Shown: piece after piece, positions 27,965 through 41,419 of the stretch
How the letters are laid out: every line of letters starts with the position of its first letter
Position numbering within the stretch: position 1 is the first letter of the stretch
Assembly: GCF_036321535.1 (NCBI RefSeq)
Contig: NC_087436.1
Coordinates: 40,736,001-40,800,000 of the forward strand
From: Camelus dromedarius
Taxonomy: Eukaryota
Direction of reading: 5' to 3'
DNA: 64,000 nt
Made by a program: the position numbers and the translations under genes
The notes under the pieces: generated by a model
Told to the model about the DNA's origin: nothing
Seen by the model: only the letters and a program-made list of their open reading frames with translations
Databases searched by the model: none

Positions 27965-28420
27965 AGAAATCAAGATGTCTGCACATCCCCCTTCCTATTC
28001 CTCCCAAAAAGTAGAGGTTAGTTCCCTTTGAATTTTGGTTATCCTTAGCAATTTGCTTGACAGAAAATACTGTATAGAAGTGATACCTGGACTTCTGAGA
28101 ACAGACCCTAAGAAACCGTGTAATTTCTACTCAAGTCCCTTGAAATGCTCTTTCTCAGGGTGTTCCTTCTTGGAATATTCCCTTTCAAAACTTAGCTGCC
28201 ATGCTGGAGAAATCCAAGCCACATGAAGAAACCATGTGTACGTGTTCCTTTTGAAATCTCCAGCTGAACCCCTAGCCGATATCCAGCATCAACAGCCAGT
28301 CATGCCCACAAAAGTGAAACAACTTGGAAATCTAGTCTGGCTAGGTTGTTCAGTGACTACAATCTCAATGCTGTCTGATGCAATCATATAAAGAACTTGA
28401 GGAAAGGAATCCCTAGTTGA
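27965..28420 (+). mobile_element. MaLR LTR (MLT1-family, old)
   Basis: AGCTGCCATGCTGGAGAAATCCAAGCCACATGAAGAAACCATGTG and CCAGCATCAACAGCCAG are MLT1-type motifs. Confidence 0.6.
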
Positions 28421-28599
28421 AAATGGGCCAGAAGAAACAATTAAAATTCCACCAAGTTATCTGTAGATTTAATATATTACAACCACCTTTATAATATGTA
28501 TGGCATGGATTCTTTTAACATTTCAATGCCTCATTAGAGTTAAAAAAGGGTGCCATTTTTAAAAATAGCAATTTCTAAAGCATTATCTTAGAATTCTTT

Positions 28600-28715
28600 C
28601 TCTACCTATAATGATAAAGAATATAATAAAGAATATATATATGTATAACTGAATCAATATGCTGAACACCAGAAACTAAGACAACATTGTACTTCAAACA
28701 TACTTCAATAAAAAG
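28600..28715 (+). mobile_element. Short L1 3' terminus
   Basis: ATGTATAACTGAATCAATATGCTGAACACCAGAAACTAAGACAACATTGTA...ACTTCAATAAAA. Confidence 0.8.
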
Positions 28716-28859
28716 ATTTGCTTGTTTACCCTATTCATATATTTTATTTTATTTTAAAAAGAAATTTCCTAATATAATTTCCTAAATGTAAGTATTAAAA
28801 ATAGCAACTGTTTCAGATAAAAAAATATTATTAACATCTTGAGGTCTTTTTTTTTTCTT

Positions 28860-31800
28860 TCCTAATGGTCACAAACTGATGGGTTTGGGCAAAGTTTACA
28901 TTAGGAAAAGGATGCTAATGTGACCTAGTTGGTAAGGTCTTTTGGGCCAATTCAATGTACTGTTGTAAATTTCACACCTGAATGTGTAGTTGGGATGTAT
29001 CAGTTAGATGCTTATATATCACTGTCCTATAAGTGCTGGAAGGAGTCCAGAGACTGGAAAGAGATACAGGTAGAGACGTGCTGGTACTCCAAGGTTCACA
29101 CCATTTTAAAATTCCTTTGAGCAAAATGTCTCTGTGATTGATGATTTGATATTTGGAGCTTCTGGAAAAGGGAGGTGGCTTTACCCAGAAGAGTCCCTAG
29201 GGGTCTTGTACTCATCACCTCTCAGGCACAGATACCAGGAAAACCCATTAGAAAAGCAGATTGCTACTGAACTCTAACTAAAACTGAATGCTTCACCCAT
29301 GAACACTATGTGATTCTCCCTCCCTTCTCATTTTGGGAGTGGGTCAACTCAGACTCAACAACCAACAACATTGGAAGTGCCCCAAACCCCTGACTTATCA
29401 AATGAAAATAGTACATTTAAGATGAGAACTGATATGGTTATCACTTTGTAGTGCATACAAATACTGACTTATAATGCTGTATACCTGAAATCTATGTTAT
29501 ACAACAATTTTATCTCAATTAAAAGAAAAAAAAATCAAAGCTGACATGTACCTCATAGCAACAAGGTTTTAGGTTAAAATGTTGAATTTACCTTTCCTAA
29601 AGAAATTTCATTCCCACTCTGCTATCTGAAGCAACACTGCTGGCTCACTGGGGCCTTTAACTCCTAGAGGTTTCCCTAAGTAGCAAGGTCTGCTTTACTC
29701 ATGGTTCAGCTAACCTGGAAACCAACAGTGTCCACTGTGGCTGGTCAACTTGAGTGACAGCAAACCAGTACTGAAAATAGACAACGGTTGTTACAATAAG
29801 TGGGCAAGAAATCAAGGCCATTCCAATTGGTTTTGACTAACACTCCCCTTGATGAAACTTTTGGTATTTTTATTGACCCTTGGACGGATGCCAATGACCT
29901 AGCAGTTTGGACAACTACTTTGACAACTATAAAATGGCAGGCTAACGATAAACCTACCAGGGCTATGGACTATGGAAGCAAGTCACAGCTGCTGGTTGAA
30001 TTATTTGGGTCACTAATACAGATGCTCAGAATAAAGGTAATTCTCTGATGAGAACTGGATCATCACCAATGCTCCTTAGATCCATCATCACACCAGATAT
30101 CACAACACATCCACGTATCAAAGTGCTAGGTACAAAGTGAAGACTCTTGTTTCTGTAGCAGAGGCCACCCTGCATGCCAGACTGTTGTTCTTGTCAAAAT
30201 GTGACTCATCTGTCTCCAGGTGAAGAAGACCATACTGCATGGCCCCTGTGCCCTCTCTCTGCCTGCCACCAGCAATCTGACTACCCCAGACCTTTGACTC
30301 CCACCGGTGGCATCTCACTGTCACTGACACAGTTTGGGTTATGGTACTGTTGCTGTAGCACAGAAAATTGGCTGTGGCCCCACTACGGTGGCCCTTAAAA
30401 CTGACCTGTGTTATGTGTTTGGTTTTTTGGACCATTTGTAGACTAACAACAGTGCATCTTTCATTGCAGAGACCACTCAAAAGTGGACTCGTGATGAATG
30501 TATTTCACGTCCTTTCCACGCACTCTGCAATCCAGTCTCATGTGATATTGTTAAGCACTGGATCAGCTTCCTCAAAAATTAACTCAAAGCATTACTGACC
30601 TTCCTCCCCTCCTCCTGGTCCATATTCCTCAGAAAAGCACTTTAATACTGATTGTAGTTGTCTCCAGAAAAGAATCATCTTCTTGTGCCACTTTCAAGGT
30701 CATTATCAGCATTAAAGTGGTGAAAGGTTATATAAGCCTCTTTGGAAAATTCTGGACTTTTCACTGACTTGGCATATTTTTTCTCTCCCTTAATGGGTCT
30801 ACCTGATTGGCACGCTTTCTAAATAGAATTCTTCCCAAACAAGAACCTAAGAGATTTAATCTCACTCAGCTGCTTGGATTATTCTGCTAGACGAACACGT
30901 TCCTAGATAATAATGATAACAACCATTTGGTGGGGAACACGGCTGACTATTTCACCTGTGTGGCTCAGGTGGCCTGCAGTGGGCGACATAATGGGTCCCT
31001 GTAAGTTTTACAATAATATCCTTGTTCGCCTTACACCTAATCCTTTCTGTCACCAAGTCTGGATACAAGTATGAGAAGATGGGAAAAGTGGGATAGACAT
31101 CATAAATCTCTGTCTTTCACGATCACACCCAGAGCCTTCTTCAGAAAGGAGAAAAGCCCTCCACGAGCTCACCAAAACTACTGCGAGCACTAAATTTAAC
31201 TATTTAACTGTCTCTTGAGTTTGCTATTGCTCCCTCCCTAAACAACTCCCTACAAAAACAAAAATTATGCTGAACTATCTGAACTGATAAGCTTAAAATC
31301 TACCATCTAGTCAGGAGACAAGCTGGACTGTCAACTCATCCCCCCAAGTGATACAGATCTTATTTGGGAGGCCCCAATAACTGTAAACAACATTTTGTCT
31401 CCAGTATCACTAACGACTCCCAAAGAATTGTACTTCTTGTGTGGAAGCAAAACCTTAAGGGGTCCCCCTCACGGAAACACTACGACTTGCATTTTAGGGG
31501 TTGTCATAAAATACCTTCAAGGGTTTAATGAGATACCAGTAGATGAACCGGATGCTAGGTGTAGTACTCAGATGATTGCTGCTCCAACTTGAGGCTACCC
31601 TTGGTTAACTGAGGAGGTTTCTGGGGGGAATAACATTGTGTGGAAAGTTATCACTATGTTGAGATAGATAAAATTAGAAAAGTTGGTGTAAAATTAGTCC
31701 CTGACTTTAGCTGTTCAGTTACAACACTTCAGCCTGTAAGACATCCGGGGAGCTTGAATTCACTGGCCAGGGTTGTTGTGAATAATAGAATTGCTATGAA

Positions 31801-32180
31801 CTTCCTCCCTGAAAGCCAAGAGAGAGTCTGTGTAATGCCAAATACATCTTGGTGTACCTGTGGTAATGCCTTAGTCCAAGTGAAAAAGCCAAAACACACT
31901 CTGGAGAAAGTTTCCTGGATTTCTAAGGTACACCCTGATGGTTTATGAGATTTGTTAAGCTGGTTGGGTCTGGGATCTTGATGGTACAGTTAAGTTCAAT
32001 AATATACACTGGTCTTACTCTGCTTCTTGGAGAATTAAAAAATTGTATGAGGCAAACTGAACAGATTTGGTCCCAACCTTTGATGATCAGATTCATCAAA
32101 GAGGCTAAGCAAGTCATGTACTCATGGAAAAACTCACCAGGAACCAAAAAACAAAAAAGTGTAGAAACTAGCAGTGGACA
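28860..32180 (+). mobile_element. Degraded ERV internal region (ERV-L/class III-like RNase H and integrase, plus env TM remnant)
   Basis: ORF 29800: IFIDPWTDANDLAVW resembles ERV-L RNase H YTDSWAVANGLAGW. ORF 30174: CCSCQ and QSDYPRPL resemble integrase CxxC and WQVDYIGPL. ORF 31640: SLNSLARVVVNNRIAMNFL...VCVMPNTSWCTC resembles the env TM immunosuppressive domain plus CX6CC. Confidence 0.8.
29435..29535 (+). mobile_element. Short L1 3' terminus inserted in the ERV
   Basis: ATGCTGTATACCTGAAATCTATGTTATAC...TATCTCAATTAAAAGAAAAAAAA. Confidence 0.7.
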
Positions 32181-32655
32181 TTTTTGAGAGAGAATTCTCC
32201 ATAGATTTCTCATATTTCTGAACATCTTACTGTAAGAGACTCTAATTGTCCTTTTCTTACAAATAGGCTTGAAAGATACAGATCATATTATCCTCTGAAG
32301 CTAAAGGGAAGTTTGTTCACTCCCCAGTTTAATAAAGACAAGGTCTCTCACTGAAGCAGAGGTCAAGGAGACAACCCTCTTATAAGATTCAGGTTCCCAA
32401 GCTCAGCATTCTTTACCTATAATATAACTCATGGCATATGCTGTTATCTCCTGCATCTCTTCACATCTCTCTGTGGGAAGTGGAGTTTGGGGAGCTGGCA
32501 CATATGTTGAAACTCTGTCTACCCTTACCGTTGCCAGTAAAATGGTATATCCTCTGTCTCTGACCCATGAGTCTTGTTTCTTCTATCATTCCTCAACTGC
32601 AGCAGCATATTATTTCAGTTTATAAAGAAATCTCAGACCTGATAACTTTTTTACA
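32181..32655 (+). mobile_element. 3' LTR of the provirus (MER76-like, ERVL class)
   Basis: GAGAATTCTCCATAGATTTCTC...AGATTCAGGTTCCCAAGCTCAG...TGTCTCTGACCCATGAGTCTTG...AAATCTCAGACC resembles the remembered MER76 consensus. It directly follows the env remnant. Confidence 0.65.
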
Positions 32656-32719
32656 ATCCCAATTTGAGATAGCACAGTACAACAGGTTATACAGTTGTCT
32701 CAAGGAAAAGTACTTGTAC

Positions 32720-33030
32720 AAGTATTTGAGTTTTCAATGTAACTAATTATTTTCCATGGAACATCAGTTTTTAACTTAAAGCACAACTGATAGGTGAATG
32801 ATCCCTAAACAGATTTGGACGTTTGGCAAACATATTCTCAAAAACTAATGAAATCAGCCACTCACTTCAAGGATAATGATAAACAGTATCTATTCTCATG
32901 ATACAATTTAAACTTTCAAGCAAAAATTAGAATTTTGGAATGTATGTATCCACCACCATGAGCCTGATGGCTTCCCAATACTGAAAGATTCTTTAGAAGA
33001 AATCTGATGTGATATTAGTAAATGTTGTGA
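32720..33030 (+). mobile_element. hAT/Charlie1 DNA transposon remnant
   Basis: TTTGGCAAACATATTCTCAAAA...CACTTCAAGGA...TTTCAAGCAAAAATTAGAATTTTGGAA...CTTCCCAATACTGAAAGA matches the Charlie1 transposase region. Confidence 0.75.
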
Positions 33031-33079
33031 ATGGATACAACAATATCTAATATGATACTAACACATGCTATCAACGGAT

Positions 33080-33450
33080 GTGATTTTATCCTACTATGGA
33101 ACACTAATCAACAATAAAATGATTGAAATAACAAACATAACAACATGTAAGAATCTCAAAACTTTATGCTAAGTTAAAGAGAGTAGAAATTAAAGGTTAT
33201 ATTATTTTAAATTATCTTTATATGAAAGCCCAGGAAAAGAAAGTTCTGTAGTAACAGACAGATCAGTGGTTGTCTGGATCCATTTGATACAAGAAGGGAA
33301 CAACTGGAAACAGACATAAGGAAGAGTTTCTGTATTTCATCACGGTGGTTTTCACACGACTACACAATTACCAAAATTCATAAAAATTTACTCTGTAAAC
33401 TGATGAATTTATTCATTTAAAATATATCTTAACAAAGCTGAAAAAAGTAT
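33080..33450 (+). mobile_element. Old L1 (L1ME-like) 3'UTR
   Basis: AACATGTAAGAATCTCAAAACTTTATGCTAAG and CAGATCAGTGGTTGTCTGG. Confidence 0.7.
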
Positions 33451-36400
33451 TACTTTTCTGCAACATGTTTAAAAACAAAAAAGCCATCACAGAGACCAAG
33501 ATTTGCTTAAACATGTCCCAGTACTCACAGCTGCTAAACTTCCAAAACTTTCAGAAACTGCCCATAAATGTCATTTTCTAAGGAAAGTATTCCATAAATA
33601 CCTTTCTAGCTTAGCTTGGATAGCTGTTTGTCATTATTTAATCACACTGCCTTTTATTTAACATCAGTTTAATACGATTTTAAAATTATATTCACATAGG
33701 TCAGTGACTGTACAGAAATTATACCATAATAAAGTTGGTTAAATTTTTTTTTTAATTAAGACCTTGTACTGGGGAAATTACTTCAAGTCACTCCACTGCA
33801 GGTAGAGAACTATGAGATAAAGTGTCAGTAAGGATCCTTTATCTTCCAAATCTTGATGGTAGAAAATTCACCACAAAAACCTGCAAAACTTGTCTACTAT
33901 TGAGTAACTTATGAGTCAACCTCAGATAAACTGTTCTACTTTTTCTGCCCAAATAGTTTTACTCTCCCAAAAAGAAGATTTAACTCACACTGCTGTCAAA
34001 CAGTGTCTCACCCCTGTGAGCAGAGATCACACCAAAACCTTAAACTGAGAACTGGTCTTCCTTTCACTTAATGTTCCTACTGTTTTATGGATGTTTTTCA
34101 GGGACAATCTCTCGTGGTTCCTATGATTTTTCCAACGTTTGTGGTTTGCAGAAGTCCTAGCAACTATGGAAGTGAGGAACTCCTTGGCACCTCTTCACTT
34201 AGAAAGGGGAAGTGGGGCATAAGTCATCCTCGTATTTTGTGAGTTAAGGGCAAATTGAAGGATAGATTTTGGAACTACAGAGGAGTAAGATTGGGATGGA
34301 AGGTTAAATATAGTTGAAATGAAAAAAACGTTCCAAGTAGTAGATATGAAGTAACTCATTCCTTCTCTCTCTCTCAAATCTAGATTCAAAATCTGAAAAT
34401 CAAGCAGATGCAGTCAGTGTTGAATTAGAGAAGAAGAAGATGAAGACTGGAGTGCAACCTTGCACTACTCTATCTACGGTGAAAGAAGAAGCAAAACAAA
34501 CCTCCAGGACAGTTCACCAAGCCAGAGGACAGGATACTTACTGTGGGCCGAAACACTCGAAGGAAAAGTAATACCTGGCTTATCCTTTAGTATTTAATAA
34601 CAATAATCACACCAACAGATACTGCTAACACCATTTGATAGCTTTGAGAACTGCACTTGAAAATTTCAATAAACTCCTAGATCTAATCCTCAAAACAAAT
34701 CTACCATTTAGGTTTGGGAAGAATTAATTCCACATCGACTGCCATTCAGCATATTAAAGCTGGCAACAGAATTCTGTTTCATATTTGGTTACAAAATTTG
34801 TCCTCTTTCCTCCATTCAGCTTCCCTTGGGTATCAGCTTTTTCTCAGTAACTAACCACAACTTTAGTATCTGGACATCAAGTCAAGGCATAGCAGGCTGT
34901 ACTGAACGCAACTGCCATCTTTCCATAGCTAATGACTCTGCACCTGGCAGCCTGCCAGTCGGGGAGAGCAGGGATGGAATCTGTAAACACTGAGCGGGCA
35001 GAATAGATCTGATGTCTCTGAGCTGTCAGAGAATTGCTTCAGAGCACCTTGCATGGCTCTGTCTGTACAGTGAGTGCTGAATGAGTAAGTAACTTAAGCA
35101 AGGAATCATTAAAGGGAGAAAATAAGCAGTAACTGAACAAACAGGAATTATAACCTAGAGTGAATGAACAGATATTGTAACTCTTTGAAACAACCAACCA
35201 AAAGCTACAACACTAGATTTTTCGGGACTGCCTTTGTTGAGGATAGTCAACAGACTGAATTATTCTGAAACACAATATTATAGGGAATCATTCTATTAAT
35301 GTTATCAACCAGCTGATGAATAAAATAAATCCAAAAATAAATCAAGTTATACCTGTGATTTTCTTAGCAACCTTTCCAGGTGTTTAAGCAGAATAAATGT
35401 GGCCACCCGTGACTGTTTATATACAGAGACCATTTGAATAACTACATATAAACAAAACAACCAAGATTTCCATCAGCCCTACCAGGTGCCTGAGTATATG
35501 AGATTCATTTTACTCCCAATACTTTTCATTAAGAAAAGAACCTGTATTTAGTGGTGAAGACATCATGAAGCAGCTGCCTGTGACTCATCACTCAAAATGC
35601 ACGGATGAATTGACTAATGCAGAAATGAATTTTCAAAATGTTAGAGGCCATATAAAGCTCTGACATGTTGCTAAGTGGCTTACATATGAAATGCTGTCTT
35701 GTAGACAAGCATTAGCAGATGGTGGCATCCTCCTGACACCTTCTTCAGAGAAACTTATAATAGTGCTGACCAGATCCCAGTGCAGGATTTTTCACTTGTA
35801 TAAAAAGTGTAGAGAAGGAGGGAGCAGTAAATCATGGTAATGCCTAATTTCTAATCAAATATTCTAATTGAAATATTCTAGCTGAATGATTCTTACCCCT
35901 ATCTGTACATTAAAGCCACATTAAAGTCACTTAGGGGGCCTGTAAAACTCTCAGAAATGAAAATAGTCTAATTCAATGTTTCTCAACACTGTACATTAAA
36001 ATCATATTAAGACCACTTAGTGGAGCTTTAAAAAAAACTCTCAGAAATTAGCTCTCCTAAGTTAATCATACATCTGAGGATGAAACTTGAGTACCACTCA
36101 CAGATATGCCACCCCCAGTGGATAGCCAGAGTTGAGAAATTCCTGCTCTATCAGAAACACACACACAACACAGAAATTATTTGAAAACAATTTAAAACAA
36201 CCTAAAATATTAGCTATGAAAAATTGAAAGGAGGTAGATTAAAATGCAAATTGGAAACAGTTAGAATGGGAAAATTTTAAGAAAGCTTTTAATAAAAAGA
36301 AAACATTCACTGCAAAAGGAAAATGTTTTACCTTCTATTGCAGGAGTTTAATGGAAAAAGAATGACTACGGAAAGGGAAGAAACTAGCATGAAAAAACAC

Positions 36401-38584
36401 ATAAACAGAAACTATAAGACGGGTCGTAAATCTTAGAAATTAAATGGAAACTCAAACATTTGTTGATGTTACCATGTTTCTGACTCCACATCAGACTAAG
36501 ATTAAAAAAAAAAAAGTGACAATATTTTTAAAGTTCTTGACTCACCCTCTCCTGCAAGATCTAAAGTTCCACTTCAGGGTCTCCCACCTGACCTTCCCCA
36601 CCTCCTTCTCTCCCACTGCACCACCAACCATTACTAGGTGTGATCAGCACCATAATCTCCGAGTTTTCAGCTGTCATTTGCTCCCTTTTCCACATTAACT
36701 CTCTGCAACAGGATGGTGAAGCCACCTATGCTAATGAGCGTCACGTCAAATTCTGCCATCTTCCATGGCTGGGCTTCAGTTCTACCCGTAAAACAATCCA
36801 TAAAGAACAATTGCGTTTATTCTGTCTGCAAAACAAATTAGATACTCAAGCTAAATTCGGCGCTAAATTGTCGTAATCTGTGGATTGTTCTCAAGTTAAG
36901 AAGACTGTACTCTGCCACTCGTCTGCATGTGGCATACAACACAGCTTATGCATGCGAGCACCTGAACTCTGTGTGCCAAGCCCCTAAGTTCTTATGGCCA
37001 GACTGTGCTGCTTGCGGCTGTGAGTACCCACCCCCGCGAACAAAGTGAAAAGCACCACCAACCCACACTAGAGAGTCACCCAAAGCCCGCAGCCCTTCGC
37101 TGAGCACCGTCAGTCATGAATGCTCACCAGTGTCTCAGGATCCCCAGTACTAAAGTCACCAGGCTTCACACCCCCGTTTTACTTCAGCACCATTTCCCAT
37201 TGCCAACAATGGTCCCCCTGGCATTCTCCTACTTATGGTGCTGTTTCCTCTCCCTACTGTAACATAATGCTTCTCTATTCTAACACAAACCCACTGACTC
37301 CGCCCTTTGAAACTCTTGCTCCGTAACTTAAAACACTATCTTTTTCAGGTCCAGAATTTTGTCTTTCCAAAGCCCCATTTGAGAGACACTGGAGTCCTTT
37401 ATCTTTTTTATGTCCAAGTTTCTTTCTCTTCCCTCCTTTTCCTATTCAGTTACGACAGAGCATCCTTGTTTCCAGCATGCTCTCTTAGTTTTGTCTGATA
37501 ATTCTGAGATGCAGGCATACATTTACCATAGAGATGATGCTTGAAGACATGGGACTAGATGAGATCTCCCAGGGAGAAGGAAAGATGCTAAGAGAAGAGG
37601 AAATGAGTACACCTTGGGTTATCATTTGCAGCTGTTTCATTCGATCTTTTATTTTTTAAATATATTGAGTTGAGTTTTGTACTATGCTGGCATTTTACAT
37701 TTACAATCTCATTTATTACTCAACATCTCAGTATGACTGGTTTACTAACTGCATTGAAGAAAAATGCAAATTCACTTTCAGATATGTGAAATAAATGGCC
37801 CTGAGTCACAAAATTATACCATGAAAAACAAAGATTGTTTCTCTGTGGCTTCAAAAATTCACGTTTTTCCACTATGCTCTTTGTGCAAGGGAGATTTTGA
37901 ACTACTCTGTGCGTATCTTCACTTTCCCACTCAAGGTACAGTAAGACCAAAATAGGTTGACCCATTGAAAGAACAAAGACGGATCAACTCCCCATTCCTT
38001 TCTTCCCCCTTTCTGGTTACACGGAATTTGCTTCCACAGAGCAGCCATTCTCTCCCGGGGAAGTCATGATTTCAGGCCCCTGGACTGTGACTTGACTACC
38101 ACTGATTCCTACTAATCAAAATCAGAGGGGATCGGTGATATCAGTAAAGCACTGAAACAAGAAGGACGTGCCAGTCAGAACAACTATAACCTCTGCCGAG
38201 TGTTAAGACCTTTACTCGTGGTCCCATTTATGAGCTCATGTGATCAGAGATGGCAAACTCTTGGTGGTTCTAAACCCTAAACTCTTTTCTATGGCACATA
38301 CGATCTTATTTCTTTTTGGTTGCTCTACTACTGAGACCGATTTAGAACAACTGTTCGTGTAATGAAATTGAATTAAATGGCTTATCCTATTTAGTGAGAC
38401 AAAGCCTACCAATACATAGACATAAACTAACTTTATGGCCAAGTCTCGTGAACAGTAAAAAAAGAAATCTCTGATCTAGTGTGTTTATTATTCCAAGACG
38501 TAACCCACTTCCTTAAAAGTATTCAATAAAATTCCAGTTATCCAGTGCTATATAGTAAATTAATATAAAACTTACTGGCACAAA

Positions 38585-39078
38585 ACCACCATTGACTCTG
38601 TTGTCAGGACTTCAAACAGGGCACAGCAGTGACAGCTTGTCTCTGTTCCGTTGTGTCGGTGGCAGGAAACCCCAGAAACTGGGGCCTGGAATCTTTTGAA
38701 GAATAATTTACTCACAAATCTGGTGGTTGATCCTGGCTGTCTGCTAAGAGCCTCAGTTCCTGTCCACTGTGCTTGTCCATGTGGTCTCTCCAACTGTGCT
38801 GGTTCAGGCCTCTCCACAGCACAGTGACTGGTTTCCATGGCCATGTAACCTGATGGAGAAATCCACATAGAATCTGTAACATTTTTAAGATCTAGCATTA
38901 AAATCACATAGAATTTGCTTCTACCATTATCTATGGAGACAAGCAGACACCATCTCAACCCAGATGCAAGAGGGGAACACAGATCCTACCACCTGGGTGG
39001 AAGAGTGCCAGTAACATTGTCAGAACAGTATGTGAGAAGGGATACAAGGCCATCCCTAGAAAATGCAATTTGCTACAA
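38585..39078 (-). mobile_element. MaLR LTR (MLT1J/K-like)
   Basis: CTCACAAATCTGGTGGTTGATCCTGGCTGTC...CAGATCCTACCACCTGGGTGGAAGAGTGCCAG...AAATGCAATTTGCTACA. Confidence 0.65.
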
Positions 39079-40059
39079 ATATGGACATGAGTTTACCATC
39101 CACCAGTGAGGACGAGGAAATTCTTCCTGTACTTGTTCTCATTTCTTCATCTTTATTATTAAGTATTCACAATTTTAAAATGTCCTATATATTAAACTAC
39201 GTCTCTGTAAGGAATACATAGGTAATTACAAGACTTGATAATGACAAAATGTCCACAATTTAGGAATAAATGACTAATTTCAAGAAATTTCAGTTTGTAT
39301 CGATGTAAAAATGGTACTGAACAAATCTGAAAGCTATCTTGTTGTGAGATATACTGTCATATCTATTTAGGGATCATAAATGCATCTGGAAGAAAATTAA
39401 GGTAGCATTTCTTAAAAGAGCTAAGTCACAATAAATGTAGGAAAAAGAAACCACCAAATAAATTCCCAGTGACAAATGCCTTATGTGACATCATATGTGT
39501 AATGTAATGGTATGCATATTTTAAGGTAGAGTTTATTTATAGAGACCTTTAAGAATATGTCACAGCACTATAGAAAATTTCCGGACAAAGAAATTATAGG
39601 CAAATGAGATAGTGCTCACCAACCCCCGAATTTTTATTAATGCTCTTTTTCCATGTCAAATAATTCTAAGTAATTGTATATCATTATTCAATCTCTCTGC
39701 ATTATAAAGTTCTCATCATTTTACCCTGGCTAACACAATTCCCAAAGGGAGCTATACTGGAATATATATTTTTTTGTAATTATAAGACCATGATTATAAA
39801 TAGTCAAAACTTACTTTAAAAAAATAACATGCAAAAATTGCCACTTTTGATTAGGACTATTGGCAATATGTTTAATTCAATACACTGCCTTTTCTTAAAA
39901 GGAAAGAATTCTACTTAAAGAATTCTTTTAGGAAAGAATTCTACTTAAAGTATTTTGGACTTACCTAAAAATGTCCAAAATAGAAAAAGCTTGACATAAA
40001 AAGGAATTTGTTTTTTTTTTAAACCTTCTAGTATCTTTAGTCTCATATGCTTATATTAG

Positions 40060-41160
40060 TGTGGAAGATACAAACCTAGGAGAAAATATTTCAGAATTAG
40101 GTTGGGCTAAGATTTGTTTGAAAACACAAAAAGTGAAATTAAAAAAATTAATAAAATACATTTAATCAACAAAAACACATTTGCTTTTTGAAAGACATAG
40201 CTAAAGAAACAGAAAAGCAAGATACAGACTGGAAGAAAATCTTAGTATCCAACAATGGGTTTCTATACAAGATACGTAAAGAGCTCTTACAACTCACAAA
40301 TAATAACAAGACAATCCAATTAAAACATCAGCAAGGTGCGTACAGACACTTCACAAAGGAAGATAAACAGTAGTAATTTTTCATGTGAAAAGATGCTAAC
40401 CATTACTAGCCATCAGAAAAATACAAATTAGAGTGATAATGAAATGCAACTACAAATACTTACATTAAAATAGCTAAAGTAAAAAATCCTCAGGTTTGGT
40501 GAATATGGAAAGTAAGTGGAACTCTCATACAATTCTGGTAAGTATCCAAAATGTTAGTCACTTTTAGAAACAATATGGCTATGTCATTTAAAGTAAAACA
40601 AACACTTGCTGTACAATCAGTAATTCTACTCTTGGGAACTCATTAAAGAGAAACAAAAATATATGTTCACATAGATGTGTGTGTGAATATTCATAGCAGC
40701 TTTATTTATAATAACTCAACACTGCAAACAACCCATATGCCCATCTACCAATGAATGGAAAAAAAAAATGTGGCTAAACATACTATAGGAAATTATGTTG
40801 TGATGAAAAGGGGGGAAAAGAAACACAAAAAGACCTAGCTGAATCTTAGATGTTACATTTAACTGAAAGTGGTAAAATATGAAGGACAGTATAATTTCAC
40901 TTATATAAAATTATATAAAAGGGAAAAATGATAGTGACAGACAGCAGAGCAGTCTTTCCTGGCAGCAGGCGTGGGAGGCAGGATACACAGCAAAGAGGTG
41001 GGAGGAAGCTTTTTAGGAAGATGGAATTTGTCTGTATCTCACTTGTGCTGTTGGTGGGTACATCTTTAGAGAGTTTCCAAAATTCATCAAATGTACATGT
41101 GGTCAACTTTGTCGTATTTAAGTAAGACCTTACTAAAAATGTTTCATTAATAAAAAACAA
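40060..41160 (+). mobile_element. Old L1 ORF2-end/3'UTR
   Basis: ORF 40188 ...TDWKKI...KELLQL...RHFTKED is L1 ORF2 C-terminal region, followed by 3'UTR motifs. Confidence 0.85.
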
Positions 41161-41419
41161 AAAAATGTTCAATAAATCTAGGTCATAATTTGGACATTGT
41201 TATCTATGATCCAAGAGAAAGGATCATTTGCAAAATGATTTCAGTGAAAATTTAGAGCATTTTCCAAATATACAACTTTAAAAAAAAATCATGTCCAATT
41301 CAGGCCTGACAGGTGATAAAAATGTCTTTCTCTATTAAAGTGAGTCAGCAATAGAAGAGGTTTCACAGTATGCTGTGCTTGTTACACATCTACAGACATC
41401 AAAATTCAAGGCTATTTTT

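Noticed and set aside
31640..31948. Possible domesticated env (syncytin-like) gene
   Set aside because: Only ~100 codons open, CX6CC mutated, no intact SU, furin site or signal peptide.
35353..35441. Possible 89-nt minus-strand exon (IQMVSVYKQSRVATFILLKHLERLLRKSQ)
   Set aside because: Weak donor (GTATAA), and its open frame needs phase 1, which is incompatible with the phase-0 end of the 46855 exon.
38572..39109. 128-aa and 64-aa ORFs
   Set aside because: They fall inside an MLT1 LTR; chance ORFs.
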